Positions 28,929 to 37,916 of a DNA stretch of 64,000 nucleotides are shown piece after piece. Below the pieces are notes generated by a model. The model worked only from the letters and a program-made list of their open reading frames with translations, ran no database searches and was not told where the DNA came from. The stretch's first letter is position 1; each line of letters begins with the position of its first letter. Origin of the DNA: Phycisphaerales bacterium (GTDB taxonomy: Bacteria > Planctomycetota > Phycisphaerae > Phycisphaerales > UBA1924); NCBI GenBank assembly GCA_029260375.1, contig JAJDDI010000009.1:34275-98274 (forward strand), given 5' to 3'. A program made the translations under genes and the position numbers.

Positions 28929-30242
28929 TCACTCCCAGGTGTCGGCCGTCTTCACGCGCTGGCCGTTGACCTTGGTCTCTTCCTGGTCCTTGGCCGAACG
29001 CACCTCGCCCGGGGCGAAATGGTCCTGGCGCCAGGACTCGGGGTACTGCTCGTCGTCGATCCCCAGCGCCGCCTTGGTGGGGAACATCGGGCGGAAGGTG
29101 TCGCACATGACGGCCAGCTCGCTCGTGAACTTGGCGCCCAGCGAGGCCTCGACCGTGCCCGGGTGCGGGCCGTGCGGGATGCCCTGCGGGTGGACGCTGA
29201 TCGAGCCCGACTCGATCCCGCGCCGGGCCTTGTAGTTGCCCTCGACGTAGTACAGGATCTCGTCCGAGTCGATGTTGCTGTGGTTGTACGGCACCGGGAT
29301 CGCCTCGGGATGGAAGTCGAGCATCCGCGGGCAGAACGAGCAGATCACGAAGTTGTGCGCCTCGAACGTCTGGTGGATCGGCGGGGGCATGTGCACCTTG
29401 CCGACGATCGGGGCGAAGTCGTCGATGTTGAAGGTGTACGGGTAGTAGCAGCCATCCCAGCCGACGACGTCCAGCGGGTGGTAGGGGTAGACGTAGCTGT
29501 GGATCTGGTCTCGGGCCTTGATGCGGACCTCGAACTCGCCCGTCTCGTCGAAGGTCAGCGGCTCGGTCGGCGGGTGCAGGTCGCGCTCGCAGTACGGCGC
29601 GTGCTCCAGGAACTGGCTCGTCTGCTTGGAGAGATACCGGGGCGGGGGCAGGATGTGGCTCGCGTTGCACGTCTCGAACGCGACGAACTTTCCGAAAGGC
29701 ATCTCGTCCTTCGAGTAGCCGTTGAACTCCTCGGTGTCGGACCCGTCGTCGGGGCGCTCGTCGAAATCGATCTTGTAAATCGTGCCCTTGGGCATGACGA
29801 GGTAGTCCTTCTTGCCAAACTTCACGGCGCCGAACATCGTGTAGGCGGTGCCCGATCCGTAGTGGAAGAACAGGCACTCGTCGCCCTGCCCGTTCTTGAA
29901 GTGGTAGGGCATCTGCTCGGCGGGGGTGCAGATGGCCATCTCGACGTCGGCGTTGCCGTAGAGCACGATCCGCCCGGTCACGGCGTCGCCCTCGGGCTTC
30001 ATGCCCTGCGTCTTGGCGTGGCGCATGCGCATGACATCCTGCTCGACGTACTCGGGCTTGGTGGCGTAGAGCGTCTTCCAGCCGGAGACCTGCGTCGGGG
30101 GGTGGATGTGGTAGAGGGTGCTGGTGGGTCCGACGAAACCCTCGGTGCCAAAGAGCTCTTCGGAGTAGAGGGCGCCGTCGGGGCGTCGGAACTGGGTGTG
30201 CCGGGTGCGGGGGAAGCTGCCGAGCTGGGTGTAATACGGCAT
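28929..30242 (-). CDS. hmgA: Homogentisate 1,2-dioxygenase
   Basis: 437 aa. YSEELFGTEGFVGPTSTLYHIHPPT...NFVICSFCPRMLDFHPEAIPVPYNHSNIDSDEILYYV...GISVHPQGIPHGPHPG. Confidence 0.9.
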   Translation of the reverse strand: MPYYTQLGSFPRTRHTQFRRPDGALYSEELFGTEGFVGPTSTLYHIHPPTQVSGWKTLYATKPEYVEQDVMRMRHAKTQGMKPEGDAVTGRIVLYGNADVEMAICTPAEQMPYHFKNGQGDECLFFHYGSGTAYTMFGAVKFGKKDYLVMPKGTIYKIDFDERPDDGSDTEEFNGYSKDEMPFGKFVAFETCNASHILPPPRYLSKQTSQFLEHAPYCERDLHPPTEPLTFDETGEFEVRIKARDQIHSYVYPYHPLDVVGWDGCYYPYTFNIDDFAPIVGKVHMPPPIHQTFEAHNFVICSFCPRMLDFHPEAIPVPYNHSNIDSDEILYYVEGNYKARRGIESGSISVHPQGIPHGPHPGTVEASLGAKFTSELAVMCDTFRPMFPTKAALGIDDEQYPESWRQDHFAPGEVRSAKDQEETKVNGQRVKTADTWE

Positions 30243-30384
30243 CGATCGATCCTCGTGCTTCCCTGCGGCGGCCGGGGCGCTCGGATGCCCGCGGCGCGAG
30301 GGAGGGCGTGATGGTTCGAATCATTCTATGCAAGGGCGGTCCGCGGCGGAACCCCCGTGCCGAACACCCATAGGATCTCGGACC

Positions 30385-31185
30385 ATGGAACTGCGAATCT
30401 TTCAGATCGACGCGTTCACGTCCGAGGTCTTCCGGGGCAACCCCGCGGCGGTCGTGCCGCTGGATTCGTGGCTGCCCGACGTGTCGCTCCAGCAGATCGC
30501 GCTCGAGAACAACCTCTCCGAGACCGCGTACATCGTGCCCGCGGCGGAGGCGGGCGCCCACTACGAGCTGCGCTGGTTCACGCCCACGATCGAGGCGCCG
30601 CTGTGCGGGCACGCGACGCTGGCGGCCGCGTTCGCGCTGTTCCACGAGCTGGGGCACGCGGGCGATTCGGTCCGGTTCTCGACGCGCCAGAGCGGCGTGC
30701 TCAGCGTCACGCGCGAGGGCGAGCTCATCCGCCTGGACCTGCCCGTGTACACGCTGGGAGCGGGTGAGACAACAGCCCAGCTCGAGCATGCGCTTGGACG
30801 GCGACCCGCAGAAGTCTGGACCGCGGGCCCGAAGCTGCTGTGCGTGTTCGAGAACAAACGAGACGTGCTGGAACTCGCCCCGGACATGGCGGCGCTGCGC
30901 AGGGTTGACGCGGAGGGCGTCATCGTCACGGCGCCCGGGACCAAGCACGACTTCGTGTCCCGCTTCTTCGCCCCCAACGCGGGCGTCGATGAGGACCCCG
31001 TCTGCGGCTCGGCCCACTGCGCCCTGACGCCGTACTGGGCCAAGCGGCTCGGGCGCGACACCCTCTCGGCCCACCAGGTCTCGGCCCGCGAGGGCGAGCT
31101 GGCGTGCGAGCTGCACGGCGACCGCGTGACGCTCTCGGGCAAGGGCGTGACCTACCTGCGGGGCGTGATCACGATCCCGGATTGA
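30385..31185 (+). CDS. PhzF-family isomerase
   Basis: Start at ATG 30385. MELRIFQIDAFTSEVFRGNPAAVV...LSETAYIV...RWFTPTIEAPLCGHATLAAA. Confidence 0.85.
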   Translation: MELRIFQIDAFTSEVFRGNPAAVVPLDSWLPDVSLQQIALENNLSETAYIVPAAEAGAHYELRWFTPTIEAPLCGHATLAAAFALFHELGHAGDSVRFSTRQSGVLSVTREGELIRLDLPVYTLGAGETTAQLEHALGRRPAEVWTAGPKLLCVFENKRDVLELAPDMAALRRVDAEGVIVTAPGTKHDFVSRFFAPNAGVDEDPVCGSAHCALTPYWAKRLGRDTLSAHQVSAREGELACELHGDRVTLSGKGVTYLRGVITIPD

Positions 31186-31191
31186 GGTGGG

Positions 31192-33048
31192 TTACTCCCG
31201 GGCCGCGCGGGGGATGGAGACCGGGCTCCGGTACCCGTCCCGGTCGTACGCCCGCAGGCCAAAGGCCCAGTTGTCCTTGCTCAGGTCAACCGTTCCCTCC
31301 GTGACGGCGCCCACATCCTTGCTGTGCTGCCAGACGGGCGACGTTGTCTCGCGCCAGACGATCTCGTACCCCGCGACGTCGGTCTCGGGGCACGCGTCCC
31401 ACCGCAGCGTCGTGTCGTTGGCCAGGCTCGCGACGAGAACTCGCGTATTGCCCGGTGAGCTGGGGGCGTTGGCCATGTGCATCAACGCCGCGGCGTTGAG
31501 GCGGGTCACGTCGGCGAGGTAGTACTCATCCACGAACTGGGGCTCGTCACCGTAACGGGTTCCGTCTTCCGTGCGCACGTTCTCGTGCTGCCGCTCGTAC
31601 GTCTCGTAGACCTCGCAGAAGCGAACCGCCGGGAGCCCGGCCTCGTTAAAGCCCGTGTGGTCACCACCGCGCAGGAAGCGGTCGGGGCGGTAGACAAGCA
31701 TGGGCTTGACGGGCAGGTCGTGGATTCTCGCGACCTCGTCGATGGCTCGGGCGATCTGGCGGCTGGGTGAGTCGCTCTCGGTCGCGTATCGCCGGATGGA
31801 GGCGAGCTTGTTGAGAGCCTCATCCTCGCCTTGGAACAGGTTTGCGGGCAGACCCTCAGAGAAAAGTCTGATCTGGTCTCGGGCCTCGCGCCCGTCCGGG
31901 CCGGTCGGGTCCCCCACCACGTCGCTGCTCAGGCACGCGGCGACGTTCTTGCCCGCATCGGCGAGGGCCTTGGCGTGCAGGCGGGAGCCGTAGAGCCCCT
32001 GCTCCTCGCCCGCGACGGGCATGAGGACAATCGTCGCGTCGAGTCGCTGCGTGGACAGCACGCGGGCGAGCTCGAGACACAGCGAGACGCCCGACGCGTC
32101 ATCGTTGGCGCCGGGGGCGTCCCCCGTCGCGTCGTTGGCGTCGAGATTGCGCGAGTCGTAGTGGGCGATGACGTAGTACAGGCGTTCACGCGCCTCGGGC
32201 ATCGAGCCCGGGATCTCGCAGACGACATTGACGACATCGACATCCTCGAAGATCCGCCTCCCGTCCGCCTCGACGCGGTGCGTGTCGAACCAGACCCGCA
32301 TCGCCTCGTCGCCCGTCCTGCCGCTGGCGGCGGCGATGGACTCGAACTCGCGTTTGAGCCAGCGCCGGGCGGCGCCGATGCCGCGGGTGTCGCTCTGGGT
32401 GTCCGAGAGCGTGTGGCGGGTGCCGAACGAGCACAGTGTGTCCACGTCGGTGCGCATACGCTCGGGCGCTACCGCGTTGGTGACGGCGCCGACCTCGTCG
32501 AGCATGACCCGGAGCACGGCGTTGATCATCGTGCCCTTGTCGTCAAGCCCGAGGGGCGCCGCGACGTGCATCGCCTCGCCCAGTGACATGCCCTCGCGGG
32601 TGTTGAGGTGTGTCGCGAGCATCGCCGAGGCCCGCGTGCCCGAGGCGCAGTGCATCAGGACCGGGCCCTGGGTGGACTCGATCGCGTCCGAGACCTGATC
32701 GACCTGGTCGCGGGTCAGCGTGGAGGCGCCCAGGGGGATGTGGACGTAGTCCAGCCCGAGGTTCCGGGCGAGGCGGCCCTCGCGGTAGCCGACGTACTTG
32801 TCCATCTCCGAGTTCTGGCGGAGGTTGATTACCGTCGTCCCCCCCATGCCCGCGAACTCACGCAGAGCCTCGGGGCTGGGCTGCTGCGAGATATAGACCC
32901 GCCCCAGACGGCGGTCCTGGTCGATCGTCTCGGCGCCGGTGTGGAAGGTCTGGCCCTCGCTGGCGACGCGCTGGGTGGAGCAGGCGCCGGATAAACCCGC
33001 GGCGAGGAGGCCAAGGACGACGGCAACGGATCGGGCGCGTGTGTTCAT
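31192..33048 (-). CDS. Lipoprotein fusion: PTP/DSP-like (DUF442-like) domain + M28 aminopeptidase + FN3-like C-terminus
   Basis: Lipobox LLAAGLSGAC. CX5R motif LMHCASGTRAS. M28 motif YYVIAHYDSRN...GANDDASGVSLCLELARVL. C-terminal LRWDACPETDVAGYEIVWRETTSP. Confidence 0.7.
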   Translation of the reverse strand: MNTRARSVAVVLGLLAAGLSGACSTQRVASEGQTFHTGAETIDQDRRLGRVYISQQPSPEALREFAGMGGTTVINLRQNSEMDKYVGYREGRLARNLGLDYVHIPLGASTLTRDQVDQVSDAIESTQGPVLMHCASGTRASAMLATHLNTREGMSLGEAMHVAAPLGLDDKGTMINAVLRVMLDEVGAVTNAVAPERMRTDVDTLCSFGTRHTLSDTQSDTRGIGAARRWLKREFESIAAASGRTGDEAMRVWFDTHRVEADGRRIFEDVDVVNVVCEIPGSMPEARERLYYVIAHYDSRNLDANDATGDAPGANDDASGVSLCLELARVLSTQRLDATIVLMPVAGEEQGLYGSRLHAKALADAGKNVAACLSSDVVGDPTGPDGREARDQIRLFSEGLPANLFQGEDEALNKLASIRRYATESDSPSRQIARAIDEVARIHDLPVKPMLVYRPDRFLRGGDHTGFNEAGLPAVRFCEVYETYERQHENVRTEDGTRYGDEPQFVDEYYLADVTRLNAAALMHMANAPSSPGNTRVLVASLANDTTLRWDACPETDVAGYEIVWRETTSPVWQHSKDVGAVTEGTVDLSKDNWAFGLRAYDRDGYRSPVSIPRAARE

Positions 33049-33127
33049 GGCCCGATGCTACCCGCCGGGGCGTCTCGACCACAAGCTCGGCGCAGCCTCT
33101 ACGATCACGCATACGGGAGGGCTTCCC

Positions 33128-33655
33128 ATGCCAGAGCAGATTCTCACGCCGTGGCTCTTCAGGCGTTGGCGGTTCGATTCGCCGACCCAGCTCTACCCCG
33201 CGGTCCTCGAACGCCTGCGGGGCACGCCCGCGAGGTGCGAGGAACTGGCACGCTCCGTCGCGACCGAGACGCTGACCCGGTCCGTCGATGGCGGGTGGAC
33301 GATCCAGCGCCACATCGCGCATATCGCTGATCTCGAGCGTCTGATCCACCAGCGCCTCGACGCGTACGAGCGGGGCGAGCACGAGCTGCCCACGGCGGAC
33401 ATGGGCAACGCCCGGACGGTCGAGACCGACCACGAGGCCCGAGCGATCGACGACGTTCTGGCCGCTGTCCGAGCCGAGCGTGGGAAGACCATTGACCGCC
33501 TGGAGGCGTACCCGCGGGACTTCTTCGGTCGGTCCGCGTGGCACGGGCGCCTGGGCGTGCAGAAGCGGGTCGTGGACACGTGCCAGTTCTTCGCCGACCA
33601 CGACGACCATCACCTGGCCCTGGCGCGGACGGTCCTGAGGGCGATCGAGGCTTGA
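33128..33655 (+). CDS. DinB-family (DinB_2-like) protein
   Basis: Start at ATG 33128. WTIQRHIAHIADLE...FFADHDDHHLALARTVL (His-rich metal triad pattern). Confidence 0.65.
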   Translation: MPEQILTPWLFRRWRFDSPTQLYPAVLERLRGTPARCEELARSVATETLTRSVDGGWTIQRHIAHIADLERLIHQRLDAYERGEHELPTADMGNARTVETDHEARAIDDVLAAVRAERGKTIDRLEAYPRDFFGRSAWHGRLGVQKRVVDTCQFFADHDDHHLALARTVLRAIEA

Positions 33656-33682
33656 GACCACTGGCACGGGCTAAAGTGCTTC

Positions 33683-34651
33683 ATGAGCACCCACCCCGGC
33701 CGTCGTCTCCGTGAGCTGATGGACAAGGGCGTCGTCGCGGCGCCGGGCGCGTTCAACGCGCTGGTCGCCCGGGCGGTTCGCCAGGCGGGCTTCGAGGCGT
33801 GCTACGTCTCGGGCGGGGCGACGAGCGTGGCCGCGGGTGTGCCGGATGTGGGCATTCTGACGCTCGAGCACTTCGCCCGCGTGGTGCGAGAAGTCTGCGA
33901 CGGCTCGGGCCTGCCCGTGATCGCCGACGCGGATACGGGGTTTGGCGAGGAGGAGATGGTACGTCGTACCGTGATCGAGTACCACCGGGCGGGCGCCGCG
34001 GGGCTGCACCTGGAGGACCAGGTCTTCCCCAAGCGCTGCGGGCACCTGGACGGCAAAAAGCTGATCCCGGTCGAGCAGTGCGTCAGCCGCCTGGAATGGG
34101 CGACCAAGGCGAGCCAAGACTGCTCGGGCGGCGAGTTCATCATCTGCGCCCGCACCGACGCCAAGGGCGTCGAGGGCTTCGACGCGGCGATCGAGCGGGC
34201 GAAGGCGTACGTCGGCGCCGGGGCGAGCATGATCTTCCCCGAGGGCCTGCACAGCGAGGACGAGTTCGCGCGGTTCGCGGAGGCGCTCAGACCGAGCCGG
34301 GAGCGCCAGCGACCCGGGGCGAAAGCCAGCGGGGCTGGAACCGCCCGGGTCGCTCGCGCTCCCGGCTCTGACAGGCGTGATTCTGGGGGCCCGTACCTGC
34401 TGGCGAACATGACGGAGTTCGGCAAGACGCCGATCATCCCGCTGAGCCGCTTCGGCGAGATGGGCTACGACCTGGTGATTTTCCCGGTCACGACGCTGCG
34501 TGTCGCGATGGGCGCCGTCTCTCGGGCGCTGGCGGAGCTGAAGCAGACCGGCTCGGTCGAGGGGTTCCTGGGCGGGATGCAGACGCGGGACGAGCTGTAC
34601 GAGCTGGTGGGATACACGCCGGGGACGGCGTGGGAGTTTCCGGCGATGTAG
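33683..34651 (+). CDS. prpB: Methylisocitrate lyase / PEP-mutase superfamily enzyme (PrpB-like) carrying an in-frame insertion
   Basis: GAFNALVARAV...FEACYVSGG...PVIADADTGFGE...HLEDQVFPKRCGHLDGK...CARTDA...LLANMTEFGKTP. Adjacent to a citrate-synthase-family gene. Confidence 0.8.
   Translation: MSTHPGRRLRELMDKGVVAAPGAFNALVARAVRQAGFEACYVSGGATSVAAGVPDVGILTLEHFARVVREVCDGSGLPVIADADTGFGEEEMVRRTVIEYHRAGAAGLHLEDQVFPKRCGHLDGKKLIPVEQCVSRLEWATKASQDCSGGEFIICARTDAKGVEGFDAAIERAKAYVGAGASMIFPEGLHSEDEFARFAEALRPSRERQRPGAKASGAGTARVARAPGSDRRDSGGPYLLANMTEFGKTPIIPLSRFGEMGYDLVIFPVTTLRVAMGAVSRALAELKQTGSVEGFLGGMQTRDELYELVGYTPGTAWEFPAM
34294..34368. repeat. 75-nt near-perfect palindrome (25-nt arms matching at 24 of 25 positions, 25-nt spacer) inside the prpB coding sequence
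   Basis: gagccgggagcgccagcgacccggg (34294-34318) against the reverse complement of cccgggtcgctcgcgctcccggctc (34344-34368). The spacer contains a ccagc-ggg-gctgg mini-hairpin. The length is exactly 25 codons and the frame is preserved. Confidence 0.9.
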
Positions 34652-34657
34652 CCAGTC

Positions 34658-35482
34658 ATGTCGAAGCTACGCAGGATAATCTTGCTACTTATTGCTGGCG
34701 CCTGTCTCAGTTGGGTGATGGCTTTGGGGATCGCGCTCTCTTGGCAGAACTTCCCCTTCGGATATTCGACACGTGTTGAACAGTTCGATGCAGAAAGCAT
34801 GCCCGCAGGGCTTCGTGTACTTCAGGGGAAGCAACTGAGACTGAAGGGCCGGTGGTATCGGCGATGGCCCGACTACTCCCAGCTCACCTATCGAGAGTCT
34901 CGGTCATTGGGATTAATGCTGCGCACATGGGGACCCGCAGTTTCGGATGCACATCTGCCATCACGCCCTCAGCCACCGCGTACAAGACTTCACTTTGGGT
35001 TGTGGTGGGCCTTCTCACTCGAGCCAGCGGAGCGCTGGGGGGCGCTTTCACGAGCTGAAGTTGGCGAGTCTATTCTCCAGACTGGCGAGCCATACCGTGG
35101 CACTGACCATGCCTTCGGGTTGCCGTTCCTCTGCTTGTCCCACGAGATCAACGAAGTGTTTGGTCCCACCCCTGTGAGCAGAACAAAGTATGCCGTCAGC
35201 GGCGGAATCACGCTCACCAAAACAACATTTCCGAATCCGCCGCTTGTGTTGCCATACTGCCCACTTTGGCGTGGCATTCTCGCAAACACGATCTTTTTTG
35301 CGACCGCGATCCCCCTGACGCGTTACCTCATTGGGATGCCGAGACGCGTCTATCGATTCAATCGCGGGCGCTGCCCCCGTTGCGCCTACGACCTCGCCCA
35401 CGACTACCGCTCCGGCTGTCCCGAATGCGGCTGGCGGCGCGAGACTGAGCCCGCGCCCGCCCAACAGCCCAAGCCCTCCTAG
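34658..35482 (+). CDS. Membrane protein with C-terminal C-x2-C...CPECG zinc ribbon; lower-GC gene between prpB and prpC
   Basis: TMs RIILLLIAGACLSWVMALGIALSW and GILANTIFFATAIPLT. RCPRCAYDLAHDYRSGCPECGW. The first ~650 nt are visibly AT-richer than the neighbours. Confidence 0.6.
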   Translation: MSKLRRIILLLIAGACLSWVMALGIALSWQNFPFGYSTRVEQFDAESMPAGLRVLQGKQLRLKGRWYRRWPDYSQLTYRESRSLGLMLRTWGPAVSDAHLPSRPQPPRTRLHFGLWWAFSLEPAERWGALSRAEVGESILQTGEPYRGTDHAFGLPFLCLSHEINEVFGPTPVSRTKYAVSGGITLTKTTFPNPPLVLPYCPLWRGILANTIFFATAIPLTRYLIGMPRRVYRFNRGRCPRCAYDLAHDYRSGCPECGWRRETEPAPAQQPKPS

Positions 35483-35510
35483 GATGCCTTCCACGCTAGA
35501 AGGAGGACCG

Positions 35511-36677
35511 ATGAGCACCAGCACCCCCACCCCCCCCACGATGGCCAAGGGCCTTGAGGGCGTCATCGCGGGCGAGACCGCGATCTGCAAGGTCGAGCAG
35601 ACCGCCCTGATCTACCGCGGGTACGAGATCGCGGACCTGGCCGCCCACGCGAGCTTCGAGGAGGTCGCGTACCTGCTGCTCAACAGCGAAAAGCCGACCA
35701 GCGACCAGCTCGCGGCGTTCAACAAACATCTCATCAGCGAGCGGGGTCTGCCCGAGGCGGTTCGTGAGTTCCTCAAGACCTCGGGCGAGCTGGTGAACGA
35801 CAAGTACGCGGTGCCGATGGACATTCTCCGCACGGCGGTGTCCATGTTGGGGCACCTGGACCCGGAGTGCCAGGACATCACGCCCGAGGCGAACCTGCGC
35901 AAATCAGTCCGGCTGCTGGCCAAGACGCCGACGATCATCGGGCACATGCAGAACGCGATCGACGGGCGGGAGTTCGTCCAGCCCGACGACGCGCTGAGCC
36001 ACGCGGCGAACCTGCTGTGGATGATGACCGGCGAGAAGCCGACCCCCGAGGCCGTCAAGGTGATGGACGTGAGCCTGGTGCTGTACGCCGAGCACGACTT
36101 CAACGCCAGCACGTTTACCAGCCGGGTGATCGCGGGCACGCTGAGCGACATGCACGGGGCGATCACGGGCGCGATCGCGGCGCTCAAGGGCCCGCTGCAC
36201 GGCGGGGCGAACGAGGCCGCGATGGAGATGCTCGCGGAGATCCGTGAGGACATCGGCCCCGAGAACGACACGGGCAAGATCCAGGCGTGGATGGACAACG
36301 CGTTCGCCACCAAGCGCAAGCTCATGGGCTTCGGGCACCGGGTGTACAAAAACGGTGACCACCGGGCGCCGATCCTGCACGCGCTTGGTCGCAAGGCCGC
36401 GGAGGCGCGGGGCGAGGAGTTTGTGAGGCTCTTCGAGCTGGGCGAGGCGGTGCAGAAGATCATGGAAGAGCAGAAGCACATCTTCCCCAACGTCGATTTC
36501 CCGTGCGGGATGACGTACTTCACGATGGGGATCCCGGTGCCGCAGTACACGCCGATCTTCGTCGCCAGCCGGATGTCCGGGTGGTGTGCGCACGTGAGCG
36601 AGCAGCACGCCAACAACCGCCTGATCCGCCCGCGGGTGGCGTACACCGGTCCCGAGCTTCGGCACTGGAACGCCTGA
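35511..36677 (+). CDS. prpC: Citrate synthase family enzyme, likely 2-methylcitrate synthase by context
   Basis: Start at ATG 35511 with GAAGGAGG upstream. GLEGVIAGETAI...YRGY...LYAEHDFNASTF...ALKGPLHGGANE...GFGHRVYK... Confidence 0.75.
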   Translation: MSTSTPTPPTMAKGLEGVIAGETAICKVEQTALIYRGYEIADLAAHASFEEVAYLLLNSEKPTSDQLAAFNKHLISERGLPEAVREFLKTSGELVNDKYAVPMDILRTAVSMLGHLDPECQDITPEANLRKSVRLLAKTPTIIGHMQNAIDGREFVQPDDALSHAANLLWMMTGEKPTPEAVKVMDVSLVLYAEHDFNASTFTSRVIAGTLSDMHGAITGAIAALKGPLHGGANEAAMEMLAEIREDIGPENDTGKIQAWMDNAFATKRKLMGFGHRVYKNGDHRAPILHALGRKAAEARGEEFVRLFELGEAVQKIMEEQKHIFPNVDFPCGMTYFTMGIPVPQYTPIFVASRMSGWCAHVSEQHANNRLIRPRVAYTGPELRHWNA

Positions 36678-36817
36678 GGCGTGGCCCGAGCCTGATTACC
36701 AACGAGGGCGGGCCCGCAGGGTTCGCCCTTTCTCGTGCGCGAAGCGCGGGAGGGCCGATACCGAACAAGTGCCTGGGGGCGGTCGTTGCAACCCGACCCG
36801 CGTCCAAGGGGAGCCCG

Positions 36818-37450
36818 ATGATCACGATCCACTGCGACAACTGCGAGCGGGAGCTCGAACTCGAGAACAAGACGGCGGGGACCAAGGTCGCCTGCCCGCA
36901 CTGCGGGGACATCAACCGCGTGCCGGAGGCTGCGGGTGCGAAGCCCGCCCGGGCCGACAAGGCCGCGGCTGCGGGGCTGCCCCCGGATCACGGCCCGGAG
37001 GCGACGGTGCGGACGCTGCGCCCGTGCAGGGTGCGGGCGAGGCCGCTGAGCTTCACGGGCGTGGCACTGGTCATGATTGCCGGCATGGTGGGCGTGGTGA
37101 TGGGCCTGACGAGCGAGGGGCGGGAGTGGCTGGCGATCCTGGGCGGGATCATCGGCGTGGTGGGAACTGGCGTGCTTGTCGTCTGGTGGCTCAAGACAAT
37201 GTCGGCCTCGCTGGTGGTGACCAACAAGCGGACGATCATGAAGAAGGGCATCCTGGCCCGGTCCAGCTCCGAGGTCGTGCACGACAATATCCGCAACATC
37301 CAGATCGACCAGACCTTCTGGCAGCGGGTCTGGGGGGTGGGGTCGATCGGGATCTCCAGCTCCGGGCAGGATGGGATCGAGATCCAGCTCAACGACCTGA
37401 AGGGCCCCACGGACATCCGGAAGGTGATCGATCTATACCGCCCGCTCTAG
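36818..37450 (+). CDS. Zinc-ribbon + bacterial PH (bPH_2/YdbS-like) domain membrane protein
   Basis: Start at ATG 36818. IHCDNCEREL...VACPHCGDIN. Two TMs. LVVTNKRTIMKKGILARSSSEVVHDNIRNIQIDQTFWQRVWGVGSI. Confidence 0.65.
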   Translation: MITIHCDNCERELELENKTAGTKVACPHCGDINRVPEAAGAKPARADKAAAAGLPPDHGPEATVRTLRPCRVRARPLSFTGVALVMIAGMVGVVMGLTSEGREWLAILGGIIGVVGTGVLVVWWLKTMSASLVVTNKRTIMKKGILARSSSEVVHDNIRNIQIDQTFWQRVWGVGSIGISSSGQDGIEIQLNDLKGPTDIRKVIDLYRPL

Positions 37451-37540
37451 CCGCTGGACGCGGGGGGCTGTGTCGGGTTCAATACGCACACGCCCGGAGC
37501 CACCGGGCATGGGGACCAGGGGCAGGAGGCCCGCGACGCC

Positions 37541-37858
37541 ATGATCCTGAACGACCTGACATTCCTGCACAAGATCCGCCTGCGGGTGCTCGCGATCCTC
37601 GTGGGCTCGGGGCTAGCCGTGTTCGGGATCCTGTCGCTTGTGTCGTGGCCGGCGCTGCCGGTGATCGGGGTGGCGATGATCACGGTCGCGGCGGTGGTGC
37701 ACCGGGTGACGCACAAGCTCTCGGCGCCGTTGTGTCACGCGTGCGGGCACGACCTGACGGGGCAGCCGGACTCGTCGATCGGGCTGATCTGCCCGGACTG
37801 CGGGTCGGTGAACATCCCGCTGCCCAGCCCGGAAGAGCGCGAGTCGCGTCGCGCATGA
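37541..37858 (+). CDS. Small two-TM protein with C-x2-C...CPDCG zinc ribbon
   Basis: LCHACGHDLTGQPDSSIGLICPDCGS. Same motif family as 5268, 5795 and 34658. Confidence 0.5.
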   Translation: MILNDLTFLHKIRLRVLAILVGSGLAVFGILSLVSWPALPVIGVAMITVAAVVHRVTHKLSAPLCHACGHDLTGQPDSSIGLICPDCGSVNIPLPSPEERESRRA

Positions 37859-37861
37859 GAA

Positions 37862-37890
37862 AGGGCGCCCGCCGGTGAGGCGAGCGCCCT
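37862..37890. terminator. GC hairpin between convergent genes (downstream of tig)
   Basis: agggcgc...gcgccct with an inner cgcc/ggcg pairing. Confidence 0.45.
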
Positions 37891-37916
37891 GGTGAGTGCT
37901 CAATCCAGAATCAGGA

